A DNA stretch of 64,000 nt, taken from NCBI RefSeq assembly GCF_004010195.1, contig NC_057728.1, positions 61,749,956-61,813,955 of the forward strand. The letters are read 5' to 3'. Under the pieces are notes generated by a model, which saw only the letters and a list, made by a program, of their open reading frames with translations, was not told the origin of the DNA and did not search any database. Numbering within the stretch: the first letter of the stretch is position 1; every line of letters starts with the position of its first letter. The stretch is from Chiloscyllium plagiosum (taxonomy: Eukaryota). Position numbers and translations under genes: made by a program. Below are positions 1-13,050 of the stretch, piece after piece.

Positions 1-3000
1 GGGTGAACAGGTTGATAAAGACCACTGATAGTCGAGTCCAAAGATTACAAAGGCATAAGTGAGAATTTTAACCAAAATGGCAGAAACAAGTGATGCTTTG
101 GAGTTAAGAAGTGGTTCATGGAGAGAATACGGCATCAGTAGCTCAGTGCGAAATAGAAGTTTATGCTGTGAACAATCTGTGTAAGCCTCAGCTTGTGGAA
201 ATGGAGCAAGATGAAGTTGGCTGTTAATAAAAGGAGAACATTACCTTATACCTGTCAGTTCACATTACCTCGGCCCTACTGCAGAAAAATATTAGCTGCT
301 TTGTTATTAGAGAACTTGCTGGTAGATCTAAATGATGATAAGTGCATGCATTTTGAGGCAGAAAACATCACAATGGCTCTGGAAAAGCTGAAATGATCAT
401 ATATTTTCCCTATGTCTCACGCTTAATATATAAATCTCCAGCTTCCTCTCTCCCCTTTGACCTTTCAAATGGCTGTATTTTAAATGCTTTATTTAAAAGG
501 TCACAACCTAAGATGGTGACAACTAATGTTTATCATAAAATGTACACTGTTGTGAATAGTTAAACTTGATTAACCTAGTTTAACTGGCTAGACATCAGTG
601 CCAACAGATTGGAACAGGTTCTACAAAGATTTCTGAACAGCAACCTTATTGTTTAATTGGACTTTTCCTGTTCATTGCAGATTTGTTTTCACTCTACCTT
701 TCAGTTCTTTTTCTCTATTCTGTAAATGAGTACAAGAATCTATAAACATTGAAAAACAGTATTACATCAAATCAAGTATGAACAATACTTGATCTTGTGT
801 TGTTTCATTTAAATTAAATTTCTTCTGCTCGAGGTAATGTCTCCCAGTTGAAATCATGGCACAGTTAAGACCGAGCTAGCCATCATTTTACAGATTAGGT
901 TTTCACAATTGGCACTTCCGTGCAAATTTCTCCACCTCAAGCACCAAGCTTTAAAAACATTAGCTCTTTTTTAGTTTCCAACAGTTGCATGCTACTGCTA
1001 CACAGCTAATACACACAATACTTAATGGCTCACCTTAACTCATTCCCTTTGTTAGGAGTCCAGTGGGAGAACGTTCAGTGTTACCCAGGCTTTGAGAAGC
1101 ATCTGGGATTGTTAAGCCTCTCACTTGCTAAACAAGAAACTAAACACACAACGGATCTACTTAAAGCAATGTCACATGTGATCCTACATGAGCTACACTA
1201 CTCATTTGCCATTGCATACAGAATAAGTTGCCATAACATTTTGGTGTTTAGTACTTAGAAAAAACCTCATCTAAAGTTTTTACCCAAAATCAAATGTGCC
1301 CGCAGCAGTTTACAATCACACTGCTCCTTTAAGAACATGTTTCCTTTTTGTTGTTTCTAGTACTTTTGATTTTGCCTGAAATCAACTGAAAAGACGATGT
1401 TACGTAATATAAAAAATTAGCATCAGCTAAATTAATGTGGAGCAAGTCTGCAAAGGTGAGAAAAAAAACCACTTCATTTTGCTAACACCATACCGCGGAC
1501 TCTGAAAAAAACCGTTCAAGAAAATTCAAGGCACACTGCCAAATATGTTGATTTCATTCAGTTTTTTTTTTAAAAAAGTTAATCAAAATTTGTTTTAAAA
1601 CAGTTTAATTAGGAAGAGATTAGTTCTTTGGTCTTAATGAGGGAAAATAAACAGAAATAGAGACTACTTATTTGGAACAAATCTGAGAGTAAAATGGTCC
1701 AATTATGAATGTAACCACATGCACTAAATATACTGCAGTGTCAGTTATGGAGTTCTGCAGTGAAATCATTCTTCTGTTCCTACTCTGCTATCTTCAGCTC
1801 ATTATCTTTCAAATCAGATTCTGACAGCATGGTGACTTGCTGCATGCAACATTTTACTCTCTGCCAAGAGAGACACAATGGCAAGAGAAGTGTGCAGAAG
1901 AGAGGCTGTTGCATTCCAAATTTAGGGCCTTTGAAACTTGCTACTTAAACTTGAGAAGAAATTAATGAGCGTTCTTAAAAAACAGACAGCAAAACCTGTG
2001 TAGATTGGCAATGCAATTAACTTTTTAAAAAATGTATATTTGTGTTGGGGTGAAAATACAAAAGGAGAATAAAGGTGATGTAGCTTTTTTTAAAAAAGAA
2101 ATTCAACTTTGCCTTATTTAAATTCAAGTGTATATGTTAATTCTAGTTTTTAAACTGGAACCTGTTTTAACAAAAACATTGCTATTTGTAGAAGGTCAGA
2201 AATAAGATCTACATTTTTTCAGTCCTTCAGTGTTTGCTGGATGGTCAGAAAAATCACATGATGATCAAATAAGAGCAGAATTAGGATTTCATATCCCCAA
2301 CCCTGTCCCACCATTCGACAAAATCATGGCTGATCTGTCCCAGGCTTCAACTCCTCTTTCATGCCCACTCAGTGGTCAACTCCTTAATATTTCTGCCTCC
2401 TCTTTAAATACTTTCAGTGACCTATCCTTTACAACTCTTTGGGCAGAGAATTCCAGACAATCACTAGCCTTAGGGGAAAATCCTTTACATCTCAGGTTTA
2501 CAGTGAACATCCCGTTGTTCTGTGAATATGTCCCCACATCAGGATTGCCCCACTAATGGAAATATTTTCTCAACATCTGCCTGGTCAGGCCCCCTCAAAA
2601 ATCTTAGGTTTCAATAAGATTGCCCTCATTCTTTAAAACTCTGAATGCGTAAAGGACATTAAGCCTTTCTTGATCTTTCGACCACTTTATCCCAGGAAAC
2701 TGCCAAGTAAAACTCTTTTCAACTGCCTTAATGTCAGTATATTTTTTTCTTAAATACATGGACCAAAACTGTACAGAGTACTCTAGGTACAACTTAACCA
2801 ACATCCTATATAATTGCGACAATGGTCCCTGGTTTTTAAACTCCAAACTCATAGCAATAAAAGGTCAAAATTCCATCTGTCGGCTTAATTACTTGCTGCG
2901 TCACCATGCTAACATTTTGTGTGCATCATACTCGGACCTTGTTTTGCAGTAATTATTTGGCGTGTCCACTCCATCCGGTTTTTGATTTTTCCTACCTCAC

Positions 3001-3372
3001 ACTTACATTAAATTCCATCTGTCACACTTTTGACCACTTACTCAATCCATGCATATTTCTTGCAGATTCCTTAATGCCCTTATCACAACATGCCTACTTA
3101 CCTATTTATTTTTTTAAGTCAGCTTCCTCTCCTTCAAGTCATTAATATAGATGGCAAACAATGGAGCCCGAGGACAGATCTTTGTAGCAATCCATGAGTC
3201 ATGCATTTCCAATATGACAAAACCTATTAATTACAACTCTCTATGTTCTATGCTTTAATCAGTCCTTAAATCATGGTAATGTATTAGCCAGAGGGTTGAG
3301 AGTTCCTATCAGTGTCACCATACACAAAGGCTTCTGGAAATTTAAAAACACAACATCTAACAATCCCCTTTA

Positions 3373-5860
3373 TAAGAGAAAGATACAGAATTAGGCCAGA
3401 TAGCCCATCAAGTTCTGCTCCGCCACTGGCTAAGATGTTTCTCAACCTCATTCTCTTGCCGGTCCACATAACCTTTGATCCCCTTACCAAGCAAGAACTA
3501 CCTATCCCAGTCTTAAATATACTCAATGATTTGGCCTCTACAGCCTTCTGTGACAATGCGTTCCACAGCTTCACCACCTTTTCGTTAAAGAAATTCCTCC
3601 TCTTCTCAGTTCCAACAGTTGTTCCTTAAGACCATGCCATTTGGTCCCAATATCCTCGTCTCATGGAAAGATCTCCACAATACCCATTCTATCCAAGCCC
3701 CTCTGTATTGTGCAGGTTTCAATGACATCCCCCAATGTCCTTTTAAACTCTATTGTGTACAGACCCAAAGTCCTTAACCACTCCTCAGATGGCAAGCCCT
3801 TCAACCCTGGGATCATTCTTATAAACCTCCACTGAACCCTCTCCAAAGTCAGCATATCGTTTCTTGGATAAGGGCCCAAAACTCCTCACAGGATTCAAAT
3901 GTGGGCTGACCAGAGATTTATACAACTTCAGCAGTACATTCCTGCTCTTGCATTCTAGCCCTCTCGAAATGAATGCTAACACTGCATTTACTTTGTAATT
4001 GCCACATGAACCTGCGTGCAAATCTTAAAAAATATTGAACTAGAACTTCCAAGTCCCCTGATGCTTCAGATTCTTTCCCTATTTAGAAAATAGTCTCTGC
4101 TTTTATTCTTCAACAAAGTGCACAACCTCACTTTTCCACTTTGCATTCCATTTGCCACTTTTTTGTCAACACTGCTAGCCTGTCCAAATCCTTCTGTAGC
4201 CTCCACACATCCTCAACACCACCTGTCCCTACACCCATCTTTGTGTCATCCTAAAACACACCAACAATGCCCTCAGATCTTTTGTCCAGATTTTAATGTA
4301 TCATGACAATAATATGGTCCCAATACTGATCTGTACTAACCCCTCCACTTGTCAACAGCTGCCACCCTGAAAAAGACTACTTAATTCCCAATATCTGCCT
4401 TCTGCCAGTCAGTTGATTCCTTATCTTTGCCAGTACCTTGCCCCTAATGCCATGGGCTCTTCTCTTATTTAGCAGCCTTCTGTGTGGCATCTTGTCAAAG
4501 ACCTTTTGGAAATCCAAATAGATCATGTCCACTGGCTCTCCTTGGCCTAACCTGCTCGCTACCTCCTAAGAGAATGCTAACAGAGTTTTCAGGCGTGATC
4601 GCCCCTTGACAAAGCTATGTTTACTCAGCTCTATTTTACTATGCACTTCCAAGTATTCTGTCATCTCATCCTTAACAACAGATCCTAAAATCTTACCAGC
4701 AATCAAGGTCAAGCTAACTGGCCCACAATTTCATATCTTTTGCCTCCCTCCCTTGAAGTGTGTCATATTAGCCATATTTCATTCCTCTGGGATCCTCCCA
4801 GACTCCAGTGCTTCCTGAAAGATCACCAATGCCTCTACAACCTCCTCAGCTATCTCCTTCAGAACTTTGGTGTAGTCTGCCACTTTCAGATCTTTCAGCT
4901 TCCCCAGCACCATCTCCTTAGCAATGACCACTAAACTCATCTCTGCCACCTGACTCTAAGTTCTGCTGTGCTACTAGTGCCTTCCATCACGAAAACTGAT
5001 GCAAAGTACCTATTCAGTTCCTCCTCCATTTCTTTGTTCCCCATTACTTTGTCCAGAGCCTCTTTTCCAGTGGTCCAAAGTCCATTCTTGCCCCTCGCTT
5101 ACCTCTTACGTAAAAAAAACTTTTGAAGTTAGATTAGGTTAGATTAGATTCCCTACAGTGTGGAAATAGGCCCTTCAGCCCAATCAGTCCAAACCGACCC
5201 TTCGAAGAGTAACCCACCCAGACCCATTTCCCTCTGGCTAATGCACCTAACACTATGGGCAATTTAGCATGGCCAATTCACCTAATCTGCATATCTTTGG
5301 AATGTGGGAGAAAACCGGAGCACCCGGAGGAAACCCACGCAGACACAGGAAGAATGTGCACACTCCACACAAACAGACTGGAATCTAAGTTCTGCTGGGA
5401 CCCTGATGCTGTGAGGCAGCAATTCTAACCACTGAGCCACTGCAAGTTCTTATATTACTAGATAGCTTATCCTCATATTTCATCTTCCCCTCACTTATTA
5501 CATTTTTGGTTGCCCTCTGCTGGTTTTTAAAGGATTTCCACTAACTTTCATTACACTGCAGGTTTTTGTTTTTGCTCTTATGCTGACATGGACTTCCCTT
5601 GTCAGCCATGGTTGCCTCATCCTCTACTTAATAGGTTTCTTCTGCCTTGGGATGAATTTCTGTGTATCCCGATTTACCCCCCCAAAAACCCTACCATTGC
5701 TGCCTTATCACCTTTTCTGCTAACAAACTCTGGCCAGCTAATGTCTTTGTATTTACCTTTGCTCAATTGTAATACTGCTACATCTGAATCATCTTCTCCT
5801 TCTCTGCAGAATGAATTCTATCACATCTGGTCATTCCCCCTCAGGGTTCCTCATCAGCTC
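3373..5860 (-). mobile_element. CR1 LINE, 5'-truncated and decayed
   Basis: Minus-strand ORFs LERVQWRFIRMIPGLKGL and LLKLYKSLVSPHL; 3'UTR-like end near 3380. Confidence 0.88.
5128..5442 (-). mobile_element. tRNA-derived HE1/V-SINE-type SINE inserted in CR1
   Basis: Reverse strand begins gtggctcagtggttag (A box), contains the V-SINE-like core gtgtggagt..gcacattct..cgtgggtttcctccggg, and ends in an (aatct)n tail. Confidence 0.9.
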
Positions 5861-6617
5861 TGATCGTCATATCCTCAAAATGTTAGTAAATTTGTGAAGC
5901 TTGATTTTCCTTTCACAAATTTACAGTACCTGCATTTAAATGTATTTAGCTTTTTTTAAAAATGTTCTGCTATTTCTTCCTTAATAATGGACACCAGCAT
6001 TAGGCTAGCTGACATATCGTTTCCTGATTTCTGACACCCTTTCTTCTTGAAGAGGGGTGCCACGTTAGCACTTTTTCCAAACCTCTGGAACCCCCTAGTG
6101 AGGTCTGGCATCTTTTGACCATTGCTTCACTATCTCTGCAGCTACTTACTTGAAAACCCCTGGATGCAAATAGTCAGGTCCTGCCAACTTTCTCCCTTTA
6201 GTTTGTCAATACTTTATCCTTTCATGGTACAGTGAGTTATAAGACCTATGCTCTCATTAGCACCTTTCTTACCAGATATCTTTGGAATGTCTACACTATC
6301 CATCACCATGAAAACTCTTGCAAAATATTGTTCAAATAATTTGGCATTTCCATGTGACCAGTCATCAATTCCCAAGCCACACAAAATCCCAGAGAAAAAG
6401 TGAGCATCTGTACATTTCAGTAAAAAAGGGTGAAATGTTTTTGAAACCAGTAAAAAGCATAACAACTGAATTCAGGAAAGATACCAACACCTATTAAGTG
6501 GCTTAAATTCAGAGGTAGGGAAGGGATATATTTTGGATAACAACAAAGTTTGAGAGAAGATTTGTAGCTCGGGTGCTCGTTGCTGTGGTTCTGTTCGCCA
6601 AGCTGGAAGTTTTTGTT

Positions 6618-6657
6618 GCAAACGTTTCGTGTCCTGTCTAGGTGACATCCTCAGTGC
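6618..6657 (-). ncRNA. Minimal hammerhead ribozyme motif (PLE type)
   Basis: GCA-CUGAGGA-U-GUCACC-UAGACA-GGACAC-GAAAC-GUU-UGC. Helix I is GCA/UGC; helix II is partly mutated. Confidence 0.7.
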
Positions 6658-6884
6658 TTGGGAGCCTCCTGTGAAGCGCTTCTGTGGTGTTTCCTCCGGC
6701 ATTTATAGTGGCCTGTCCCTAGAAGCATGGCACTCATCCACAAACTCCATCAACAAACACATAGACCTGGACCCAATATACCGGCTACAGCGGACAGCTG
6801 AAACTGACAACCGGAAGCGGCAGGGACAGGCCACTATAAATGCCGGAGGAAACACCAGAGAAGCGCTTCACAGGAGGCTCCCAA

Positions 6885-6923
6885 GCACTGAGGATGTCAC
6901 CTAGACAGGGGACGAAACGTTTG
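6885..6923 (+). ncRNA. Minimal hammerhead ribozyme motif (PLE type)
   Basis: GCA-CUGAGGA-U-GUCACC-UAGACA-GGGGAC-GAAAC-GUU-UG. Confidence 0.75.
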
Positions 6924-8282
6924 GATGACACCATATGATTAAGGAGAATGATAGCAAAAATAGCTTGATTTTACAGTCAACAGCAAAGTGAAAAGGTGCT
7001 TTCCACTGTTTTTGAAGAAACCTGCTCACAAAGGTCGAACAATATCAAAAGGCAGGAATTCCTCTTTCTACAGAACAGTTTAAAATCTGGCACCAAGTCA
7101 AGGGGATGGCTTAACCTGCTGAAGCTGTGACATCAGCAAACATAATAAAGTTTCACACAGGAAACCAAGTAGTTAAAAGCTTTTACAATCCATTACTTCT
7201 AACTTATGTTCTCAGATTGTGGAATAAATTATGACAGTGTTAAGATAGAAGCTAAAAATACTACTTAAAAACATTTACTATTGAGTGTTGATAAATGTGT
7301 TTTTTTTAATACCTTGGAGATATTTTTGACTCCTCAAAAATTAGCTTTTCTGTCTAAATACATTAGCTTTTCAAGGCCAATTTGGCAACAGTATAAAATT
7401 ACTAAGCCATTAAAAACTCAGCTGCACATCATTCAACAGGCTCCAACCCTTTTCTATGCATTTTACAATGCAACTAATGTCAATTGACTGGAAGTTTTTG
7501 TCAATGCATGAGTGCAAGAGAATTAAAGGACTTTGTGCTATTGTTTTCATATCCAAACTTTCAAATGCTGCTTTTACTATCATTACCAAAGCAAAATCCA
7601 AATCAACTTGTCTGACTTCGCTATCAAACTGGTCCTAAGACATGGCACACAATTTCAGCGGCATGATCCTTAGGTTTGTGCTACCTCAAACACAATTAAG
7701 CTGGTGAAATTAAGCTGGTCCTCGACAAATTTGCTGGAGCAAATGCATAAATTTGTGCTGGCTTTTCTTAATTCACAATTTTCAAGATGACTTAATTCTA
7801 CATTGCTACAATTTCCAGAGTTCTTACAACATTGATGTTAAATAGATTAGCCTCTGAAGCAGGACTTATTCTTGGGCATTTTTTAATTAACCGAAGTTGG
7901 AACATTTACAAAAATGTTCCAGTGCCCTAGCATTACTTTTGTATGAGAGGAGGAATGAAAGTGGCTGCGCCAATTTCCACTCCCGATTTCCTCAGTATCT
8001 CAGTCACACTATTTGGTTTTGCAACCTGTCAACTTCAAGTTCAGCCAGCCTTTCTAAAGCTTCCTTTTTAACAATTTCAACCCACCAAACGTGGCAACTA
8101 TACCTTCCTTCATGAGGTCTATGGCAGTACCTACTTCCATGGTCAAGACAGGGATGAAAGTAGTCATTTAGTATCTCAACCCTGCCCTTTGTCTCCTGTA
8201 TGGGTCAGACATCAGCATCACTCTTCCAATTACCAACATTTTATTACTTACATGCCCATGGAACACTTTGAATTCTGCCGAA

Positions 8283-8360
8283 AAGAGGGAGAACACGAGC
8301 GAGAGCGAGGAAAAGAGCGCAAGAGAGAGAAAAAGAGAAAGAGCGATAGAGCGAGAGACA
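8283..8360 (+). repeat. AG-rich low-complexity tract
   Basis: gagagcgaggaaaagagcgcaagagagagaaaaagagaaagagcgatagagcgagaga. Confidence 0.7.
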
Positions 8361-9424
8361 CACTTCACGGCAACCTCAGCTGTTGCGGGAATTGAAACCT
8401 CGTTGTTGGTATTCCTCTGCATTTCAAGCCCAGGTAGTCATCAAACCAATTGATATTTAGACTGTTAAGATGTTACCTCAGTGTAAGCAGTCTAGGTTGG
8501 AAGTTCCAGACAAGAGGCATTTGGTTACAACTTTAGATTTCATCTGAAGCTGAGAAAGCTCAGCTGGGAAGAGGCGGTCATATTGTCTGAATTGCAGCCA
8601 CAATGAAACTAAGTCCCATAGATGTGAAATTAAAGAAAATTCCCTCTGATGTGTATTATGAAGGACTATCATTGGGATTAAATTTTATTGTGTTAAGTTA
8701 TTTGTATGTGTGCTATATATAAATAGTTTGGTTTATTCGGTTGTCTTAATTTGTGCAATAAACTTCTCATTTACTGCTTTATTGTTAAGTTTGAATCTGC
8801 AGCATTGCATGCTGTGTTTCAATGAAAGACCACATATTTAAAACCAAAAGAAATCAAACAAGCAAGATTTTAGTCTGGGATCTGGCTTGTCCAATAATAA
8901 CATCAGCTGGAAGGAAAACCCAAATTTTTAATTGGGTTTTTAACTGCTCTGGCTTGGAAAGGATAAAGTCAGTCATTGGCTAAAGGAGAGAGATAGGAAG
9001 ATCATGTTTCTAACTATACTTTCTTTTAGCTGCAACAACTGTTTAAATTTCACAAGTGGGGAACAATAAATAGGCACAACAGATTATGTTAAAAATCACA
9101 ACGCCAGGTTATAGTCGATTATGGTTCATCTTGAGCTTGAATACTCAAACCTTTCCATTGGAAATGTGAGGACCATCTTCCCGATAATCTCATCCCTCAA
9201 TTATCAGGTGCACAGTAGCAATACAAGTTGCTGTACCAATTATTCCTCTAGATGGCACTCCAATAGAAATTTTAGATATTAAATGCCAAGTTGAAACATT
9301 ACGATCATATTATTATTTTGATTAAAGGAAACTGGTTAAAAGCTGACGCAGAATTACAATGGAGTGGTACAAATTACAGATTCAGTCATATCAGACATCA
9401 GCCATATCTGTACAGGGAAGAAAA

Positions 9425-10955
9425 GGTGGTTTCTTTTCATTCACTTGTGGAATGTGGAAATCGCTGGCCAGCCCCGCAGTTATTGCCTGTTCCTACAGCC
9501 CTGAGGTGGTGGAGGAGAGTTCCCATCTTGAACTACTGCAGTCCGTATACTAAGTTGATGCATAAAGACCGTATGGAGGGAATTCAAGAATTTTTACGCA
9601 GCAAGAGAAAAAAAGAACAGAGATATATTTCCAAGTCAACATGGTGAGTGACTTGGACAGGAACATGAAGATGGTGGTGTTCCCATCTATCTGCTGCCCT
9701 TGTCCTGCTCGATGGAAATGGTATGGGTTTGGGATGATGTTGTCTAAGGATCTTTGGTGAATTTCTGCAGTGTATCTTGTACTGCTGCTGAACATCAGTA
9801 CTGGAGGGGTAGGTGCCTGTGGGCATGGTGCCAACCAAGTGGGCTGCTTCATTCTGGATAGTGCCAAGCTTCTTGAGTGTTAGACCAGAAGACTAAGAAC
9901 AGAAATTAGGCCATTCAGCCCATTGAGTCTGCTCTGCCATTCAATCATAGCTGGTAGGTTTCTCAACCCCATTCTCCCACTTTCTCCCTGTAACCCTTAG
10001 GTTATTGAGTATCAAGGGGACTATCTATCTCAGTCTTAAAATATACTCAATGGCCTGGCCTCCACAGCCTTCTGTGGCAATGTGTTTTTGGAGTTGCATC
10101 CATCCAGGTAAGTGGGAAATATTCCATCACATTCCTGACTTGTTACTTGTAGATGACAGACAAGCTTTAGGGAGTCAGGAGGTGAGTTACCTACCACTGT
10201 ATTCCTAGCCACTGACCTGCTCCTGTAGTCACTGTTTCTGTGGCAAATTCAGTTGAGTTTATGGTCAATGGTAAGGTAACCCTAATGTTGTTGATAATTG
10301 GGGGGGGGGGGGGGTCAGTGATAGTAACACCCTTGAATGTCAAGGAGTAGTGGTCAGATTGTCTCCTCTTAGATATAGTCATTGCCTGGCATTTGTGTCA
10401 CACAAATATTATTTGGCATTTGTCAGCCCAAGTCTGGATATTGTCCAAATTTGGTTGCATTTGAACATGGACTGCTTCAGTATCTGAAGAACTGCAAATG
10501 TTACTGACCACGGTGCAATCAATGAACATCCCCACTTCTGACTTTATGACAGATGGAAAATAATGGATTAAACGGCTAAAGATGGTTGGTTCTAGAGCAC
10601 TACTTTAAGGAATTCCTGCAGAGATGTCTTGGAGCAGAGGTGACCAACTGCCAACAACCACAGTTGTCTTCCTTTGACTCCAAACACCAGATAGTTTGCT
10701 CCCGCCACCCATTGATTCCAGTTTTGCCAGGGCTCCTTGATGCCACACTGTCAAATGCAGCCTTGATGTTATGGGCTGTCACTCTCCCCTCTGAAATTCA
10801 GCTCTTTTTTGTCCATATTTGAACCAAGGCTGTAATGAGGTCAGGAGCCAAGTGGCCCTGGCGGAACCCAAACTGGACGTCACTGAGTAGGTTATTGCTG
10901 AGCAGGTGCTGCTTGATAGCATTGTTGATGACTCCTTCCATCACTTTAATGATTG
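9425..10955 (-). mobile_element. L2/CR1-group LINE RT and 3' end, with a CR1 3' fragment inserted at ~9885-10085
   Basis: Minus-strand IKAAFDSV, GMFID and AGIPxSSAL remnants. 3' tail resembles gggcaataa..gctggccagcga..cacattc at the left end. Confidence 0.75.
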
Positions 10956-11480
10956 AACAGATGCAAGATAACACAGATTTCCTTTTGCTTGTAGTAGCTG
11001 CACTTCTTCATTCTTTGTAATATGCAATTGCATATAATAGCCGATATGAGACTTTAGTGTTAGGCCTAAATATAACGGTTTCAACAAACTTTGCTATGAA
11101 CAGATCCCAAAAATCTGCTTACTTATTTCAAGGATGCATCTCTATAATACAGTACCCCTGCCATCTTTTTGCTGTCCTTTGTTTGTCTCACATGAGAAGA
11201 GCAGCACTGCAATGAATCAAAGTAACAATGCAGGCAAGGACAAAACACAACCCAAGCACTGAAGTTCATTTCAAGAAGAATAGAATTGAAAAGTATAAAC
11301 ACGGAGCCAAATTTTATGCTGGAGATGTAGAGGTCAAGTTGGGAAACTTCATGACTTTGCTTAGTCTGCCATATTTTCATTGTAGGGAGGCTAGGCACTA
11401 TAGAATCAAGCCCACAATACCTAGAGTTAAGAAATAAGTAGCAGATATGGGTGAATAGCAAGTCCAGGCAACTGGAACAC

Positions 11481-13050
11481 TTCCATGGTTTTGTGCGTGG
11501 GAAATCATGTCTCAATAACTTGAATGAAATTTCTGAAGTAACAACGTAGACAATTGACAAGGGCAGGGCGGTGGAACTGACCTAAGAACTTCAGTAAGGC
11601 ATTCAACAAAGTTCTTCATGGTAGACTGGTTAGCAAGGTTAGATCACACGGAATACAGTGAAAATTAGTCATTTGGGTATAGAACTGGCTTGAAGGTAGA
11701 AGACAAAGGGTGGTCGTGGAGGGTTGCTTTTCAGAATGGAGGCCCATGACCAGCTGTGTGTCACAAGGATTGGTGTTGGGTCACTGTTTTTCATCATTTA
11801 CATAAATGATTGGGATGTGAACACAGACGATATGCTAAGTTTGCAAATGACACCAAAATTGGACAGTAAAGAAGGTTCCCCCTCAGAGTACAACAAGGTC
11901 TTGATCACATGGGCCACTGGGTTGAGGAGTGGCAGATGGAGTTTAATTCAGGTAAACGTGAGGTGCTGCATTTTGGAAAGGCAAATCAGAACAGGACTTA
12001 TACATTCAAGTGGTAAGGTCTTAGGGAGTGTTGCTGAACAAGGAGACCTTGAAGTAGTTCCTTGAAAATAGATTTGCAGGTCGATAGGGTAGTGAAGGCG
12101 GCGTTTGGTATGCTTATCTTTATTGGTCAGTACATTGAATGTCAGGGTTGGGAAGTCATGTTGCAGCTACACAAGACATTGGTTCGGCCACTATTGGAAT
12201 ACTGTGTGCAGTTCTGCTCTCCCTCCTATAGGAAGGATGTTGTGAAACTTGAAAGGTTTCAAAATAGATTTATGGTACAAGGACGTAGCCAGGGTTGGAG
12301 AGTTTGAGCAATAGGGAGAGGCTGAATAGGCTGGGGCTGTTTTCCCTGTATGTCAGAGGCTGAGGGATGACCTTTTAGAGATTTATAAAATCGTGAGGGG
12401 CATGGATACGGTAAATAGACAAGGTCTTTGGCCTGGGATGAATGAGTCCAAAACTAGAGGGAATAGGTTTAAGGGGAAAGGTTTACAAGGGACCTAAGGG
12501 ACAACGGTTTCATGCAGAGGGTGGCTCGTATATGGAATGAATTGCCAGAGGAAGTGGTGAAGCTGGTACAATTACAATACTGACAATATGCGGGCAGCAC
12601 GGTGGCACAGTGGTTAGCACTGTGCCTCACAGCACCAGAGACCTGGGTTCAATTCCCGCCTCAGGTGACTGACTGTGTGGAGTTCGCACATTCTCCCCGT
12701 GTCTGCGTGAATTTCCTCCGGTTGCTCCAGTTTCCTCCCACAGTCCAAAGATGTGCAGATTAGGTGAATTGGCCATGCTAAGTTGCCTGTAGTGTTAGGG
12801 GCAGGGGTAAATGTAGGGGAATGGGTCTGAGTGGGTTGCGCTTCGGTGGGTCAGTGTGGACTTGTTAGGCCGAAGGGCCTGTTTCCACACTAAGTAATCT
12901 AATCTAAAAGGCATCTGGAGGGGTATATGAATAGGAAGGGTTTAAGATAGATATGGACTAAATAGGACTAGATTTATTTTGGATATCAGGTCAGCATGGG
13001 CAAGTTGGACTGAAGGGCCTGTTTCCATGCTGTACATCACTCTGACTCTA
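11481..13050 (+). mobile_element. CR1 LINE 3' part (RT) with a nested SINE
   Basis: GKSCL motif, LFFIIYINDWD, LHKTLVRPLLEYCVQFCSPSYRKDVVKLER; ends gtttccatgctgtacatcactctgactcta. Confidence 0.92.
12592..12907 (+). mobile_element. HE1/V-SINE-type SINE
   Basis: ggcagcacggtggcacagtggttagcact...gggttcaattccc (A/B boxes), V-domain core, tail gtttccacactaagtaatctaatctaa. Confidence 0.93.

Larger units (their letters stand above)
2260..6350 (-). mobile_element. Old CR1 LINE (ORF2/RT and 3' end), split at ~3370-5865 by a younger CR1
   Basis: Minus-strand LYRMLVKLYLEYSVQFWS motif (ORF 2604-2852). RT sequence breaks near 3370 and resumes near 5870 in the YxDFxKAFD / GKSCLTNL region. Confidence 0.75.
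6546..6923. mobile_element. Short Penelope-like element remnant with ~100-bp inverted arms
   Basis: 6618-6720 is the reverse complement of ~6823-6923. The interior encodes LEAWHSSTNSINKHIDLDPIY (GIY-YIG C-terminal part). Near-TSD TTTGGATAACA (6532) / TTTGGATGACA (6920). Confidence 0.85.

Noticed and set aside
1-400. 67-aa ORF at 193-396, possibly a retroelement ORF1 remnant
   Set aside because: No diagnostic motif; cannot be assigned from the sequence alone.
7900-8910. Possible solo LTR (also ~23216-23865)
   Set aside because: LTR-like composition and poly(A) signal, but no convincing TG..CA ends with a TSD could be fixed by eye.
10299-10314. Poly-G run (also ~45544-45560) as a functional G-quadruplex
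   Set aside because: Homopolymer expansions inside decayed LINEs; no evidence of function.
11123-11560. 145-aa minus-strand ORF
   Set aside because: No recognisable domain, non-ATG start, overlaps decayed CR1 sequence.
12592-12665. tRNA-like sequences at SINE heads (also 61205 and 52240-52311)
   Set aside because: These are A/B boxes of tRNA-derived SINEs that continue into SINE core and tail, not tRNA genes.
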